Virus record (IMG/VR): IMGVR_UViG_3300002552_000444 | Coordinates: 36,088-100,087 of that record | Reading direction: 5' to 3' (one strand) | Source of the DNA: a virus | Lineage: Duplodnaviria; Caudoviricetes | Length of the DNA: 64,000 bases | Part shown: piece by piece, positions 47,766 through 57,476 of the stretch | Position numbering within the stretch: position 1 is the stretch's first letter | Layout of the letters: each line of letters opens with the position of its first letter | Notes under the pieces: model-generated | What the model saw: the letters and a program-made list of their open reading frames with translations, nothing else | Told to the model about the DNA's origin: nothing | Databases searched by the model: none | Translations under genes and position numbers: made by a program

Positions 47766-49058
47766 ATGGATTTAAAAATTCAATCTAATGAGCAAGGCAC
47801 TTGCCCTGTCTGCAAAAGCACAAATCTTGAGATATGTGGCAGCGAAAATGTTGATGAAAGCGGATATTATGAGGAATGGCAATGCTCCAACTGCGAATGC
47901 ACTGGCAAACAATACTTTGAATTTGCTGATCACTATGATGTATATGCAAAAGACGGCGAAACTCGAATTGACAAAGAGGAGCAAAACAACTTCCCTTACT
48001 TGAAAAAAGATCGCCTATTGATTTTGCTAGACAATGCGCTAACAGTTATTCATGAACTAACAGGCGAAGAAAGCGGCTATGCTAATCTCCATGACTTGCA
48101 ATGCGAGTTAGGGATTGCTCGTGAGGAATATGCCGCTATAACAAAACTAAAAACGAAGAAAACGATGACGAGGAGAACAACCAAAATGAGCAAATTTGAC
48201 TTAGCCTTTGAGAAAGGCTGTATAAGCATCATGAACGAATATAACCAAGCTAAATGGAACGATGACGATATTGAGCCTTTAGATGGTGATGAAGTCGATG
48301 CTCTAACTGAGCGCATCAGAAATCGACTGAATTTGATGAACGGAAACATTACTGGTGCTGAATATGAGGAATTAGAAGGCAGGGTCTCGCCTTCAATTAA
48401 AACAGGCATTCATCAATGCTTAATGTGTAATAAGTCAGTAGATATTGCCAAGAGTAATTATTGGTCTGCCCCATCAATTGACAATGGTTCAGATGAACCT
48501 CTATTTTGTTCTGAAACATGTATTGTTGATTACTTTGGTTTGCGTTGGATTGAAAACAAGAAAAATGATAATTTCAAAATTGTCAAATGGAACAATGAGG
48601 AAGGTGTTAGAAAATTTAAATGTTTCAACATCAAGCATGATGTCGGGACTTCAATTGCTTCAGATATTTTAGAAGATATGCTCAACTCAGTTGGACTGCA
48701 ATTAGCATTGAGCGGTGATTTTGAAGAAGAATTATATGACCTGATTGAAAATGCTAAAATCCGTCAGCTCAGAAAACAATTTGAAGAAATCATCATAGAA
48801 GTTCATGGCGAAATTGACGATGAGCATATTGAGGATATGCTCTGCAACGAGATTAGCGAAATCACAAACTTTCTGCACGAGGGTTTTGAGTTTGTTGAAA
48901 TAATTTATCCCCCGCACATCAACTGCAATCACTGCGGTTATAAGCAGCATGATGAACAAACAATCAAATCTCATTGTGACAAATCTAACGAATACTCGGA
49001 GATAGGCTCGTATATGTGCGGCACTTGCATGGACATGAGCGCGGAGGAAGAATTTTAA
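47766..49058 (+). CDS. Acidic multi-domain protein with several CxxC motifs
   Basis: AGGAG RBS; CPVC, CSNC, CLMC, CNHC, CGTC. Confidence 0.75.
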   Translation: MDLKIQSNEQGTCPVCKSTNLEICGSENVDESGYYEEWQCSNCECTGKQYFEFADHYDVYAKDGETRIDKEEQNNFPYLKKDRLLILLDNALTVIHELTGEESGYANLHDLQCELGIAREEYAAITKLKTKKTMTRRTTKMSKFDLAFEKGCISIMNEYNQAKWNDDDIEPLDGDEVDALTERIRNRLNLMNGNITGAEYEELEGRVSPSIKTGIHQCLMCNKSVDIAKSNYWSAPSIDNGSDEPLFCSETCIVDYFGLRWIENKKNDNFKIVKWNNEEGVRKFKCFNIKHDVGTSIASDILEDMLNSVGLQLALSGDFEEELYDLIENAKIRQLRKQFEEIIIEVHGEIDDEHIEDMLCNEISEITNFLHEGFEFVEIIYPPHINCNHCGYKQHDEQTIKSHCDKSNEYSEIGSYMCGTCMDMSAEEEF

Positions 49059-49546
49059 TGAAAGACAAAACAATCGAATGTAATGAGTGCGACTGGGAAG
49101 GCGAAGTTCAAGGCGACTCATGCCCTGCTTGTGGCTCATTCATCTATGCTGGCATTTCCTATGCGGAATATCTTGCACTCAAAAATGATGTTCGCAAACA
49201 AGAAGAGTTGAACGAGCAATTGCAAATTGAACTAAAAAAAGAAAAGTTTGTGCTGCTTGGAAAACTCATAGCAACCATTTCGCAATACGATTTTGTTGAT
49301 GAAGAAGGACATGGAAACACTGCAAAACGAACAATATTAGCCATTATTAAAGATGTTATCATGAATCCAGATGATTATTCAAAAGTTACCAAGGAAATCT
49401 GTTGCACCGAGTGTAAAATCTGTAACGGGCACCGTTGGCGCGAAGTGTTTTGGAATATCGCTGAGAGAGGTGATGATGGAGTGATTGACCGCCTTCTCAT
49501 TGAAGTTGGATTAATCAACAAAAATGAAGAAAGTAGTAATGACTAA
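49058..49546 (+). CDS. Zn-ribbon hypothetical protein
   Basis: Start refined to ATG 49058 (GGAGG); CNEC...CPAC. Confidence 0.7.
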   Translation: MKDKTIECNECDWEGEVQGDSCPACGSFIYAGISYAEYLALKNDVRKQEELNEQLQIELKKEKFVLLGKLIATISQYDFVDEEGHGNTAKRTILAIIKDVIMNPDDYSKVTKEICCTECKICNGHRWREVFWNIAERGDDGVIDRLLIEVGLINKNEESSND

Positions 49547-49706
49547 CTAGGAAAAACATCAGGCGCTCGAGAGGCAGAAAACGCGGCACTTTAGCCAATG
49601 CGGCACTTAGGAACTGGGTAGGTCGAGCGATGTCTATATGCGTAGCGGTGGGTGGCATATAGAAATACTTTTAAAAAAAGCGCGTGAAAAAAATTAAGGA
49701 GAACAT

Positions 49707-50228
49707 ATGACAATAGAAGAAAACAAAGATAAAATTATTCAAAAAATCAAATTGGAAATTACTAAAGACGAAAAACACCTTGAGAAAATTGAAGAAAGCG
49801 AGAATCCATATGAGCTAATTGGAATCAGTGGAAATGTTGATTGCGACGAAGAACTTAATCAAGAAATCGGAAAAATCAATGGAAAAATTGACGGCTTAAA
49901 GTTTGCATTACAGTTGCTTGAGTGTTTCAATGATTCGATCACAGTTAATAGCAACGAAGATAATCGCCCAAAGTTCATCGTCAAGCACAATGGCAAGGTT
50001 CATGAGTTCCAGTGCGGCAGTTACGCCTATCTCTATGATATTGCTGTCTGCAACAATATCACTGACGATGAACAAATCATGGAAATGATTAACTCAATCG
50101 AAGAATGCTATCGAAAAGATGACAATCAAACCCCTCTCGGCTCGCTCGCAGATTATGTTATAGCAAACTGGGAATCTGTTAAAGACTCTAGCCCCAAAGA
50201 CATCTTGTTTGACTTCTACTCGGACTAA
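49707..50228 (+). CDS. Hypothetical protein
   Basis: AAGGAG RBS, 173 aa. Confidence 0.75.
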   Translation: MTIEENKDKIIQKIKLEITKDEKHLEKIEESENPYELIGISGNVDCDEELNQEIGKINGKIDGLKFALQLLECFNDSITVNSNEDNRPKFIVKHNGKVHEFQCGSYAYLYDIAVCNNITDDEQIMEMINSIEECYRKDDNQTPLGSLADYVIANWESVKDSSPKDILFDFYSD

Positions 50229-50270
50229 TTTTAGTCCATAAATCACAGTTAAAAAAACATAGGAGAATGC

Positions 50271-50459
50271 ATGAAAACAATATTAACTTATGACGAGGCG
50301 CTTGTCAAAAATGGTGGCGCAATCGTCAAACTAGAAAATGCTGAATACTGCAAAGCTGGTGAAACTATAAAACTTTCGATACTAGATGTTACCCGCATTT
50401 TCAAGGTTGTTAGTTCTAACAAGAATGAGCTTGAACTAAAATTTCTACGAAATTTATAG
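50271..50459 (+). CDS. Small hypothetical protein
   Basis: AGGAG RBS. Confidence 0.65.
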   Translation: MKTILTYDEALVKNGGAIVKLENAEYCKAGETIKLSILDVTRIFKVVSSNKNELELKFLRNL

Positions 50460-50467
50460 GAGACAAC

Positions 50468-50863
50468 ATGAACTACATTAACAAAAACTTTGACATTCCA
50501 AAGTCGCTAAATTTTTTAATAGCAACCCAGGAAAATGGCGATATGATTTTCATTGCAACGACAAACTCCCTAATTGTATCATATGGAGACACTGAAAAAG
50601 ATTTAGCCACACTGAAAAAAGTTATCATAGCGATTTATATTGCTGATAACAAAACTCTATATCATTGCGAGAAGCACTGCACTCGTGACATTTTAGATTG
50701 CATTGAAAACGGATATGGTCAACAAGTTGCAGCTGTTTCCAAGGATATTTCAAATCAAATTGAACTTTACTTTTCAACAACAAACTGCGACTGCTGCACC
50801 TGTGATATTGAAGATGGTTTTGAAAAATGCTCACCCCCTTGTTGCAATTGCATCAAAAAGTAA
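50468..50863 (+). CDS. Hypothetical protein, Cys-rich C-terminus
   Basis: AGGAG RBS. Confidence 0.7.
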   Translation: MNYINKNFDIPKSLNFLIATQENGDMIFIATTNSLIVSYGDTEKDLATLKKVIIAIYIADNKTLYHCEKHCTRDILDCIENGYGQQVAAVSKDISNQIELYFSTTNCDCCTCDIEDGFEKCSPPCCNCIKK

Positions 50864-50877
50864 ATTAAGGAGACATA

Positions 50878-51126
50878 ATGGAAAAATTAAACAGGATTCT
50901 AATCCCCTACAAAGATGTTGTCTTTGCTATTAACTTAACCAAAGTTGGCGGCAAGTTCTATATTGAATGTTTTGAGAAGCTCAGCTCTAAAGAAAATGGC
51001 ACTGAAAACATTTGTATCATCGGCGAACTTTGGGATGAGCTGAATATTATAGCGCAAGCATCAACAGGACTCTCTGTGACGGAATACGAGCTTGAGCGAT
51101 GGCATGGGCTTATCTACACTATCTAG
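50878..51126 (+). CDS. Small hypothetical protein
   Basis: AAGGAG RBS. Confidence 0.65.
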   Translation: MEKLNRILIPYKDVVFAINLTKVGGKFYIECFEKLSSKENGTENICIIGELWDELNIIAQASTGLSVTEYELERWHGLIYTI

Positions 51127-51231
51127 GGGACATGAAATGACCCGTTCATTAAAAGATTTTGGGAAAATCATACTGACTGGGCTGAAAACGAATAACAATA
51201 ACATATCCGCAAATGCGGAATAGGAGTTACT

Positions 51232-51414
51232 ATGAAAAACAAAAAACTGTATTGGGTAAAGAAAGAGTCCACAAATGACTATTCAATGTTTGGCTTTGTT
51301 ATGTGGACAGAGCAAAAACAAAATGCTAAAAAATATTCCCTTGAAGAAGCGGAAAAGCTTATTGCGGAAATGCCAACACATCAAGGCAAAGGGGTTTTGA
51401 TTGAGGCAGAGTAA
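51232..51414 (+). CDS. Small hypothetical protein
   Basis: AGGAG RBS. Confidence 0.65.
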   Translation: MKNKKLYWVKKESTNDYSMFGFVMWTEQKQNAKKYSLEEAEKLIAEMPTHQGKGVLIEAE

Positions 51415-51452
51415 AATCCAAAACTCAATTTCAAAACCAAGAGGATAAAAAT

Positions 51453-53021
51453 ATGTTTAACAATACTTTCTACCCTACACCTGATGACCTCATATCTAAA
51501 ATGTGGTATAAACTTGATAAAAAAAAGCCACTGAAATATATTTTAGAGCCATCAGCGGGTAAAGGCGACATTTGCGATTATCTCAAAGATGCTACTCGCT
51601 TTAGAAATCAAATTGCCAAAATCGACTGCGTTGAAATTGACCCAGAATTAAGCAACCTGCTATTCAGTAAAGGTTATTCAATTGTCGGCGATGACTTTCT
51701 TTCTTTTAAGACACACACTCAATATGATGCTATTATTATGAATCCTCCATTCGATTACGGGGATAGACATCTGTCGCGAGCTATTGATTTAATCGAACCA
51801 TGCGGCGGTCAGATTGTTTGCTTGCTTAACGCAGAGACACTAAAAAATCCTTACAGCAACTCACGCAAAGCTCTTGTCGCGAAATTAGATGCACTCGGCG
51901 CGAGCGTTGAATATGTTCAAAATGCCTTTTGGAATGCAGAACGCAAAACTAATGTCGAAATCGCAGTCGTCTACATCAACATTGAAAAACCACTTGAGAG
52001 TAATAATATTTTCAATGAAATTGAGTTTGAAGTGGCTGAGGAGTTAAAAGATTTTCCACTTATCAAAGACTCTAATCTACCTATCAATAAATCCGAAATT
52101 ATTTTCATCTTAATTCAAGACTACGAAAAAGAGACTCGCTATGTTAAACGGGCTGTTGAAGCCTTGCTTTCTTACAAACAATTTTTAGCAACAAGAGGCG
52201 AAAAGCCTGACATAAGGCTAATATTAGGACATACTCATGAAAGTTTATATCGCGACGCTAACTTCAACGATATGCTTGCAGATATCCGCAAGCGCTATTG
52301 GAGCAAGGCAGTTCAACTTGATATTTTCTCTAAATATCTTGTCGGGAATGTTTGGCAAAAATTCCAAGAACGCATCGAAAAACAATCTAATATTGAGTTC
52401 AATTATTCAAACTTAATGAAAGTTCTTCAGATGCTCTCTAGCGTTTTTTGTGATAATGTTGGCGATTCTGCTGTCAAAATATTTGACGATATCAAAGCAC
52501 AAAGCCACTATGACTTTTCCACCAACATTCATTTGTATAACGGCTGGAAAACTAACAATGGCGCTAAAATCAACAAGAAAATAATCGTGAGAACTTGGGA
52601 TAGGCATTTTTGCAACATTGATCGAACTGTTCCAGACATTGTTGTCGAACTAGACAAGGTGCTTAACTATTTTGACGACTTCAGCCAAGGCAGCAATGGC
52701 TTTACAAGTTACTATGACCGAAAAGTCAAAGTTGGAGTAGAAACTAGGTATAGATATTTTTCTGTCAAGGCTTATATAAAAGGAACATTTCATATCACTA
52801 TCCACCGCCTAGACCTTTTGGACAGATTCAATATTTATGTGGGTCAACGCAAAAACTGGTTGCCGCCACCAGAAGATATAAAAACTGAAAAAGAGCGCGA
52901 AGAAGCTGAGAAAATCTATGCAGAAATTTGTGAGAGCGATATTCCCTATCAAGTAATTCTTTCAACACTATCGTTCAATGCAAACCAAGCACTTCTTTTA
53001 GGACAAGGAAAATCTGCATAA
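51453..53021 (+). CDS. Orphan amino-DNA methyltransferase with DUF4942-like C-terminus
   Basis: FYPTP, ILEPSAGKG (motif I), IIMNPPF (motif IV), GWKTN...KGTFHI. Confidence 0.88.
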   Translation: MFNNTFYPTPDDLISKMWYKLDKKKPLKYILEPSAGKGDICDYLKDATRFRNQIAKIDCVEIDPELSNLLFSKGYSIVGDDFLSFKTHTQYDAIIMNPPFDYGDRHLSRAIDLIEPCGGQIVCLLNAETLKNPYSNSRKALVAKLDALGASVEYVQNAFWNAERKTNVEIAVVYINIEKPLESNNIFNEIEFEVAEELKDFPLIKDSNLPINKSEIIFILIQDYEKETRYVKRAVEALLSYKQFLATRGEKPDIRLILGHTHESLYRDANFNDMLADIRKRYWSKAVQLDIFSKYLVGNVWQKFQERIEKQSNIEFNYSNLMKVLQMLSSVFCDNVGDSAVKIFDDIKAQSHYDFSTNIHLYNGWKTNNGAKINKKIIVRTWDRHFCNIDRTVPDIVVELDKVLNYFDDFSQGSNGFTSYYDRKVKVGVETRYRYFSVKAYIKGTFHITIHRLDLLDRFNIYVGQRKNWLPPPEDIKTEKEREEAEKIYAEICESDIPYQVILSTLSFNANQALLLGQGKSA

Positions 53022-53116
53022 AATTGAGGTGAACTATGAACGATAATCAGACTACTCTTGACATATTGTAGGGCCTTGAAATTTCATGGCAAATTGATTA
53101 GAACAGGAGAAATCAT

Positions 53117-53635
53117 ATGAATGAAAAAAACCAAAAAGTAAAAAATGCAACCGAAAGAGTCTATGAGTCTTTTAAAAAATATGCTGTTCCTGCTACTAGC
53201 GTAGAAGATTTCTGTGCTAGATATCACAAATCCTTTGCTGACAATCAATTTGGGATTGAGCAAAGAGAAGCATGCTTGAAGTCATACACAAGCGATCTTG
53301 AAAAACTGGGATTTGCAATGATTCCTAATAGTTCAACTATATCTGGGAAATACGAGGTTTGGTATGGGAATGATAATCCCATAAACAACATTCCTATTGG
53401 CGCAAAAATACGAATGACGGGGAAAAATTGGACAGGCAAGGAGTTTGAAATTCTAGGTCGCAAACATTATGAAGATGAAAATGAGTGGCTATATAAAATT
53501 CGAGTTGAATTTCCTAAACTAGATGGCACAGGCATGAATTCAGCATATAACTTTATCCCAACTGACTGGTTTGAAGTTATTGAAGACGCTGAATTCATTG
53601 GAACAAAAATTAAGGGAGAAGAATCATCATGCTAA
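53117..53635 (+). CDS. Hypothetical protein
   Basis: AGGAG RBS, 172 aa. Confidence 0.7.
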   Translation: MNEKNQKVKNATERVYESFKKYAVPATSVEDFCARYHKSFADNQFGIEQREACLKSYTSDLEKLGFAMIPNSSTISGKYEVWYGNDNPINNIPIGAKIRMTGKNWTGKEFEILGRKHYEDENEWLYKIRVEFPKLDGTGMNSAYNFIPTDWFEVIEDAEFIGTKIKGEESSC

Positions 53636-54213
53636 AAATTATCGCAAACAAAGAACATAATGGACTCGAACTTTACTTCGAGTCAAAGCCAGAACAAAAA
53701 GTAATCGACTGTCTGAAATCTGCATTCTTTCGCTGGCACAACCTCAAAAAATGTTGGTTTGCCAAAAACACTGAAAAGAATCAAAGGCTTATCAAAAGCC
53801 TATTGCCCGATGCTGAAATATCTAACAAAACTATGTTTTCTTTGCCAGTAAAAGTTCAGGCGAAATTAAACAAATACGGTGTAAAGGTTGGAGATATTTT
53901 CTACATCTCTTGGGGCTATGACCAGACTAATGTCAACTTTTTTCAAGTCGTAGAACTTGTCGGCAATGTGTCAATAAGAATTAAAGAAATTTGCGACAAG
54001 CATGTTAGAAGCAACTACTCAATGTCTAGCTATGTCAGCCCTGTGAAAGACAAATTTATTGACGGAATATTTATAAAGGATAGAACTAATGGCGATCTAA
54101 AAAAGATTCAACTTTCTTCAAGAGATGACGGCTCTGTTTACATAAAGGTCAGCAGTTACTATGCACACTTAACAACTGAAACAGCGACACATTTCACTTC
54201 GTCATGGGCTTAA
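53629..54213 (+). CDS. Two-domain phage protein
   Basis: NGLELYF..KP...FRW...KCWFAK domain plus VGDIFYISWGYDQTNVNFFQV domain. Confidence 0.75.
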   Translation: MLKIIANKEHNGLELYFESKPEQKVIDCLKSAFFRWHNLKKCWFAKNTEKNQRLIKSLLPDAEISNKTMFSLPVKVQAKLNKYGVKVGDIFYISWGYDQTNVNFFQVVELVGNVSIRIKEICDKHVRSNYSMSSYVSPVKDKFIDGIFIKDRTNGDLKKIQLSSRDDGSVYIKVSSYYAHLTTETATHFTSSWA

Positions 54214-54227
54214 AAGGAATTTATTGT

Positions 54228-54464
54228 ATGAGAGAAAAAATAGGACACTCGGCAAAAAAACGATTTTCAACCAAAATATTTAATCTATTGATGGATTCCA
54301 GAAACAATAAAATCTGGTCAGCAATAGACGCTGAAAAACTACAATCACTAATAGACCGTTATACAAAAATTGACCCTGCTTTCGTTCAAAGCAAGGTCAA
54401 TTTTTATGAAAACAAAACCAAGCAAACGCTAACAGCCGCCATCTCTGCGGCAAAGGACGGATAA
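54228..54464 (+). CDS. Small hypothetical protein
   Basis: AAGGA RBS before ATG 54228. Confidence 0.55.
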   Translation: MREKIGHSAKKRFSTKIFNLLMDSRNNKIWSAIDAEKLQSLIDRYTKIDPAFVQSKVNFYENKTKQTLTAAISAAKDG

Positions 54465-54470
54465 TAGAAA

Positions 54471-55001
54471 ATGAATTTTTACACAAGTGACAACCACTTC
54501 TTTCATAGAAAAATCATTCAATATCAAGACAGACCATTTTCCACTGTTGAAGAAATGAATGATGAGATGATAGTTAAATGGAACAAAAAAGTGAAGCCTG
54601 AAGATAATGTTTATATACTTGGTGACTTCGCTTTGACCAGCGGTATAAATGCAAATGAACTTTTGCAGAAACTTAATGGTCGGAAGCATCTAATCAAAGG
54701 AAACCATGACTACGGATTCTTAAACGATAAAGATTTCGACCATAGTTTATTTGTTTGGATTAAAAGTTATGAAATGATTGAAGATGCCGGGCGAAGCATA
54801 GTTCTATTTCACTACCCTATTGCCTCTTGGAACAAGCAACACTATTCTAGCCTTCATTTTTACGGACATATCCACAACAACGCAAAAACACCACATCCAT
54901 TAATGTTAGACTTGAAAAATGCTTTCAATGTCGGGGTGGATGTAAATGATTTTGAACCAAAAACCTTAAATGAGATTTTAGAAAATCAAGTAAAGTCTTA
55001 A
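54471..55001 (+). CDS. Calcineurin-like metallophosphoesterase
   Basis: SDNH, LGD, GNHD, HYP, GHIH, NVGVD. Confidence 0.92.
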   Translation: MNFYTSDNHFFHRKIIQYQDRPFSTVEEMNDEMIVKWNKKVKPEDNVYILGDFALTSGINANELLQKLNGRKHLIKGNHDYGFLNDKDFDHSLFVWIKSYEMIEDAGRSIVLFHYPIASWNKQHYSSLHFYGHIHNNAKTPHPLMLDLKNAFNVGVDVNDFEPKTLNEILENQVKS

Positions 55002-55304
55002 TAAGTAATGAATAAAAAATATTTAGGTTTTTATAAATAATTTTTTTGAAATACCCCCGATAAAAAACTGCAAAATGCTTTAGTTTTTGATATAATTATG
55101 TTGTGCTATTAAATTTTATATCAATAAAAATAACCAGCAAAAAAACATCAAAAGATAAATCTTTGTGGCTTATTGGGTCAACAATTAAGAAATTTTAGTC
55201 AAGATTAGACAATTAAATTGCTTCTTTTTATTAAATGAACCAAAAGCCCTTGGTTCATTTATTTTGTATAATTAAATCATACAAAATATTGAAGGAGCAG
55301 CATT

Positions 55305-55661
55305 ATGGCGGCGTCATTTTCAACACCTTATGAAATGGTAAAAATTTTGCTATCTAAAAAGCGATACCCAGCACATGTCATTGCTGACAGATTAAAGATT
55401 AGCAAAAACACCGCTCAAAGCCATGCTAGAGAAATGTCGTCACAAGGTTTAGTGAACATAACTTTAGGCAGAAATGGTGGCATTCAATGGATAGCCACGA
55501 CACCACAACTCAAGCAATATTGTTTTGAGCATATTTTTGAATTGACAACAGAGATTCAAAAAATATTGACGAGCAATCCTGATAAAGACAAGTTGTTTAG
55601 ATCAACGACAAAAACATACGCAACTTTGATTGAGATTCTACAATTTATTGGCGCACCTTAA
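55305..55661 (+). CDS. Winged-HTH DNA-binding protein
   Basis: IADRLKISKNTA...GRNGGI. Confidence 0.7.
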   Translation: MAASFSTPYEMVKILLSKKRYPAHVIADRLKISKNTAQSHAREMSSQGLVNITLGRNGGIQWIATTPQLKQYCFEHIFELTTEIQKILTSNPDKDKLFRSTTKTYATLIEILQFIGAP

Positions 55662-55718
55662 ATGCGTGGATTGTTTTTACGATTGGACATCCTCGCTTTT
55701 AAGCAAGGAGAAATCACT

Positions 55719-56576
55719 ATGAAACAGCCACTCACAAATATAATATTCGTTCCTTATCCTATTCAAATTGAAAACGAAGAGAAACCCAAAAAAATCAAGA
55801 ATAAGCCTGTTCCCTACTCTGAGTTCAAATCCGACGGTAAACCTAAACCACAAGCAGCAGATTCAATTCGTTCTTATGACGATTTCGTCGCTATTCAAAA
55901 TTATCTATTGAACAATGGACATAAGCACTTGCGAGTCCGCAACTGGGCAATCTGGACGATTGGAGTAAGTTTTGGAATTCGCGCTTCAGATGTCTGCATT
56001 TTGAGAGTATGCCATTTGATTGACGAAAACGGCAACATTCGCAAGAGGTTGAAAATCAATGAAAAAAAGACAGGAAAATTTAATAACATTCTCATTACGG
56101 AGTCCGTTCAAGATGCTTTGCAAAAATATTTTTTGTCTTTAAAAAGCCCGCTTGGCTATCTTGGCTATGATGATTATTTATTCCCTAGCGAAAAAGGCAA
56201 TCAACCTCTTGAAAAACAACAACGCTGGCGCATATTCGATACTGCTGGTAAAAAGTTGAACTTACCTTTTAATGTCGGCGCCCACACCATGCGGCATAGT
56301 TTCCAAAGTATTGTTGCCTCGGTTGACAAAACCAAGATTGATATGAATTTTATCACAAAAGCACAGTTCATGCTAAACCACACCGACCAACGAACAACAA
56401 TGGCATATTTGAAAATCTTTGATAAAGTGAGCGACAAAGCTCGCATTGCTGTGAGTGAATTCATCCTTGGACGAACTGATGTGAACGAACTAATCCCATT
56501 AACTTATGAAGACAAACACTCACTTGACGATGTTGTAAAACTGCTAGAAGAACTAAAAACCAATATAGGAGACTAG
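55719..56576 (+). CDS. Tyrosine recombinase (catalytic domain only)
   Basis: GIRASD, EKKTGK, HTMRHSF, LNH, TMAY. Start refined to ATG 55719. Confidence 0.9.
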   Translation: MKQPLTNIIFVPYPIQIENEEKPKKIKNKPVPYSEFKSDGKPKPQAADSIRSYDDFVAIQNYLLNNGHKHLRVRNWAIWTIGVSFGIRASDVCILRVCHLIDENGNIRKRLKINEKKTGKFNNILITESVQDALQKYFLSLKSPLGYLGYDDYLFPSEKGNQPLEKQQRWRIFDTAGKKLNLPFNVGAHTMRHSFQSIVASVDKTKIDMNFITKAQFMLNHTDQRTTMAYLKIFDKVSDKARIAVSEFILGRTDVNELIPLTYEDKHSLDDVVKLLEELKTNIGD

Positions 56577-56580
56577 ACAA

Positions 56581-56868
56581 ATGGGAAAATTGAAAAAAGG
56601 AAAAATGTATCAAGAGAAAGCAAAGTTCGTGAAGAAATATCTTCTTCCACTACTTTGCAATCTTGATTTCGATATTGTTGACGCCGAATATGTCAACAGC
56701 GCCACAAAAAAGGAACTTGATCTCTGCGAAAGTCCTAGTGAGATTGATGTAGTCATATCTGGCGAATGGGTTATTCTAACCTTTTCGAATAACTACACAA
56801 AAGGCATCAATGTCGCTGCAGACAGCAATCTTGGAATCTGCAAAGACATCTTAAAAACTCTAAACTAA
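56581..56868 (+). CDS. Hypothetical protein
   Basis: AGGAG RBS. Confidence 0.65.
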   Translation: MGKLKKGKMYQEKAKFVKKYLLPLLCNLDFDIVDAEYVNSATKKELDLCESPSEIDVVISGEWVILTFSNNYTKGINVAADSNLGICKDILKTLN

Positions 56869-56877
56869 TTTGATTGA

Positions 56878-57198
56878 ATGAACTGTGTTATTTGCCAAAA
56901 GGAAATTATTAGAAGCAGTTATTCCAACGCTGACCTATGTTCGAGTGACTGCTTCACCGCACACTTTTGGCAAGAAAAGATAAACGAAAAAGACAACCCC
57001 ATGGTCGCAAGAATAAACAGTTGCCATTACTTCATTCAACCAGACGACCCAACCGCCGCCTTTCAAGGCTATGGCGGACAGTTACACAAAATCAAATTCT
57101 TCGACGGCAGAATCATCGAAACAAAGAACCTTTGGTCACAAGGTCAAATTCCAACAGAATACCGTGATGTTCTACCTAACAACGCTGAATTCATCTAA
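56878..57198 (+). CDS. Zn-finger phage protein
   Basis: CVIC...CSSDC; GYGG...FFDGR...TKNLWSQG.IP. Confidence 0.7.
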   Translation: MNCVICQKEIIRSSYSNADLCSSDCFTAHFWQEKINEKDNPMVARINSCHYFIQPDDPTAAFQGYGGQLHKIKFFDGRIIETKNLWSQGQIPTEYRDVLPNNAEFI

Positions 57199-57306
57199 TT
57201 GCCCTTTTGTCATATTTTGGCGAATTTTAGCATAAAAATCTACACCACCTTTCTACGAAAGAACTTTTGATAAACGCAAGAATTAACTGATTTTTGAGTA
57301 GCTATT

Positions 57307-57474
57307 GTGGAAAAACAAGATTTACAATTAGAAGCCGTCTCTATTAAGGCTACGCCTGAATTGAGGTTAAATCTTAAATTATCTATTTATAGAGAGTTGC
57401 ACCGTGAAGGTTTTATAACCAAAAAGCAACTCAATTTTTTAATTGAACTACAATACAAGGAGGACAAAACATAA
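57307..57474 (+). CDS. Small protein upstream of serine recombinase (recombination directionality factor candidate)
   Basis: Hand-translated 55 aa with ELHREGFITKKQ; contains the integrase RBS. Confidence 0.5.
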   Translation: MEKQDLQLEAVSIKATPELRLNLKLSIYRELHREGFITKKQLNFLIELQYKEDKT

Positions 57475-57476
57475 AA

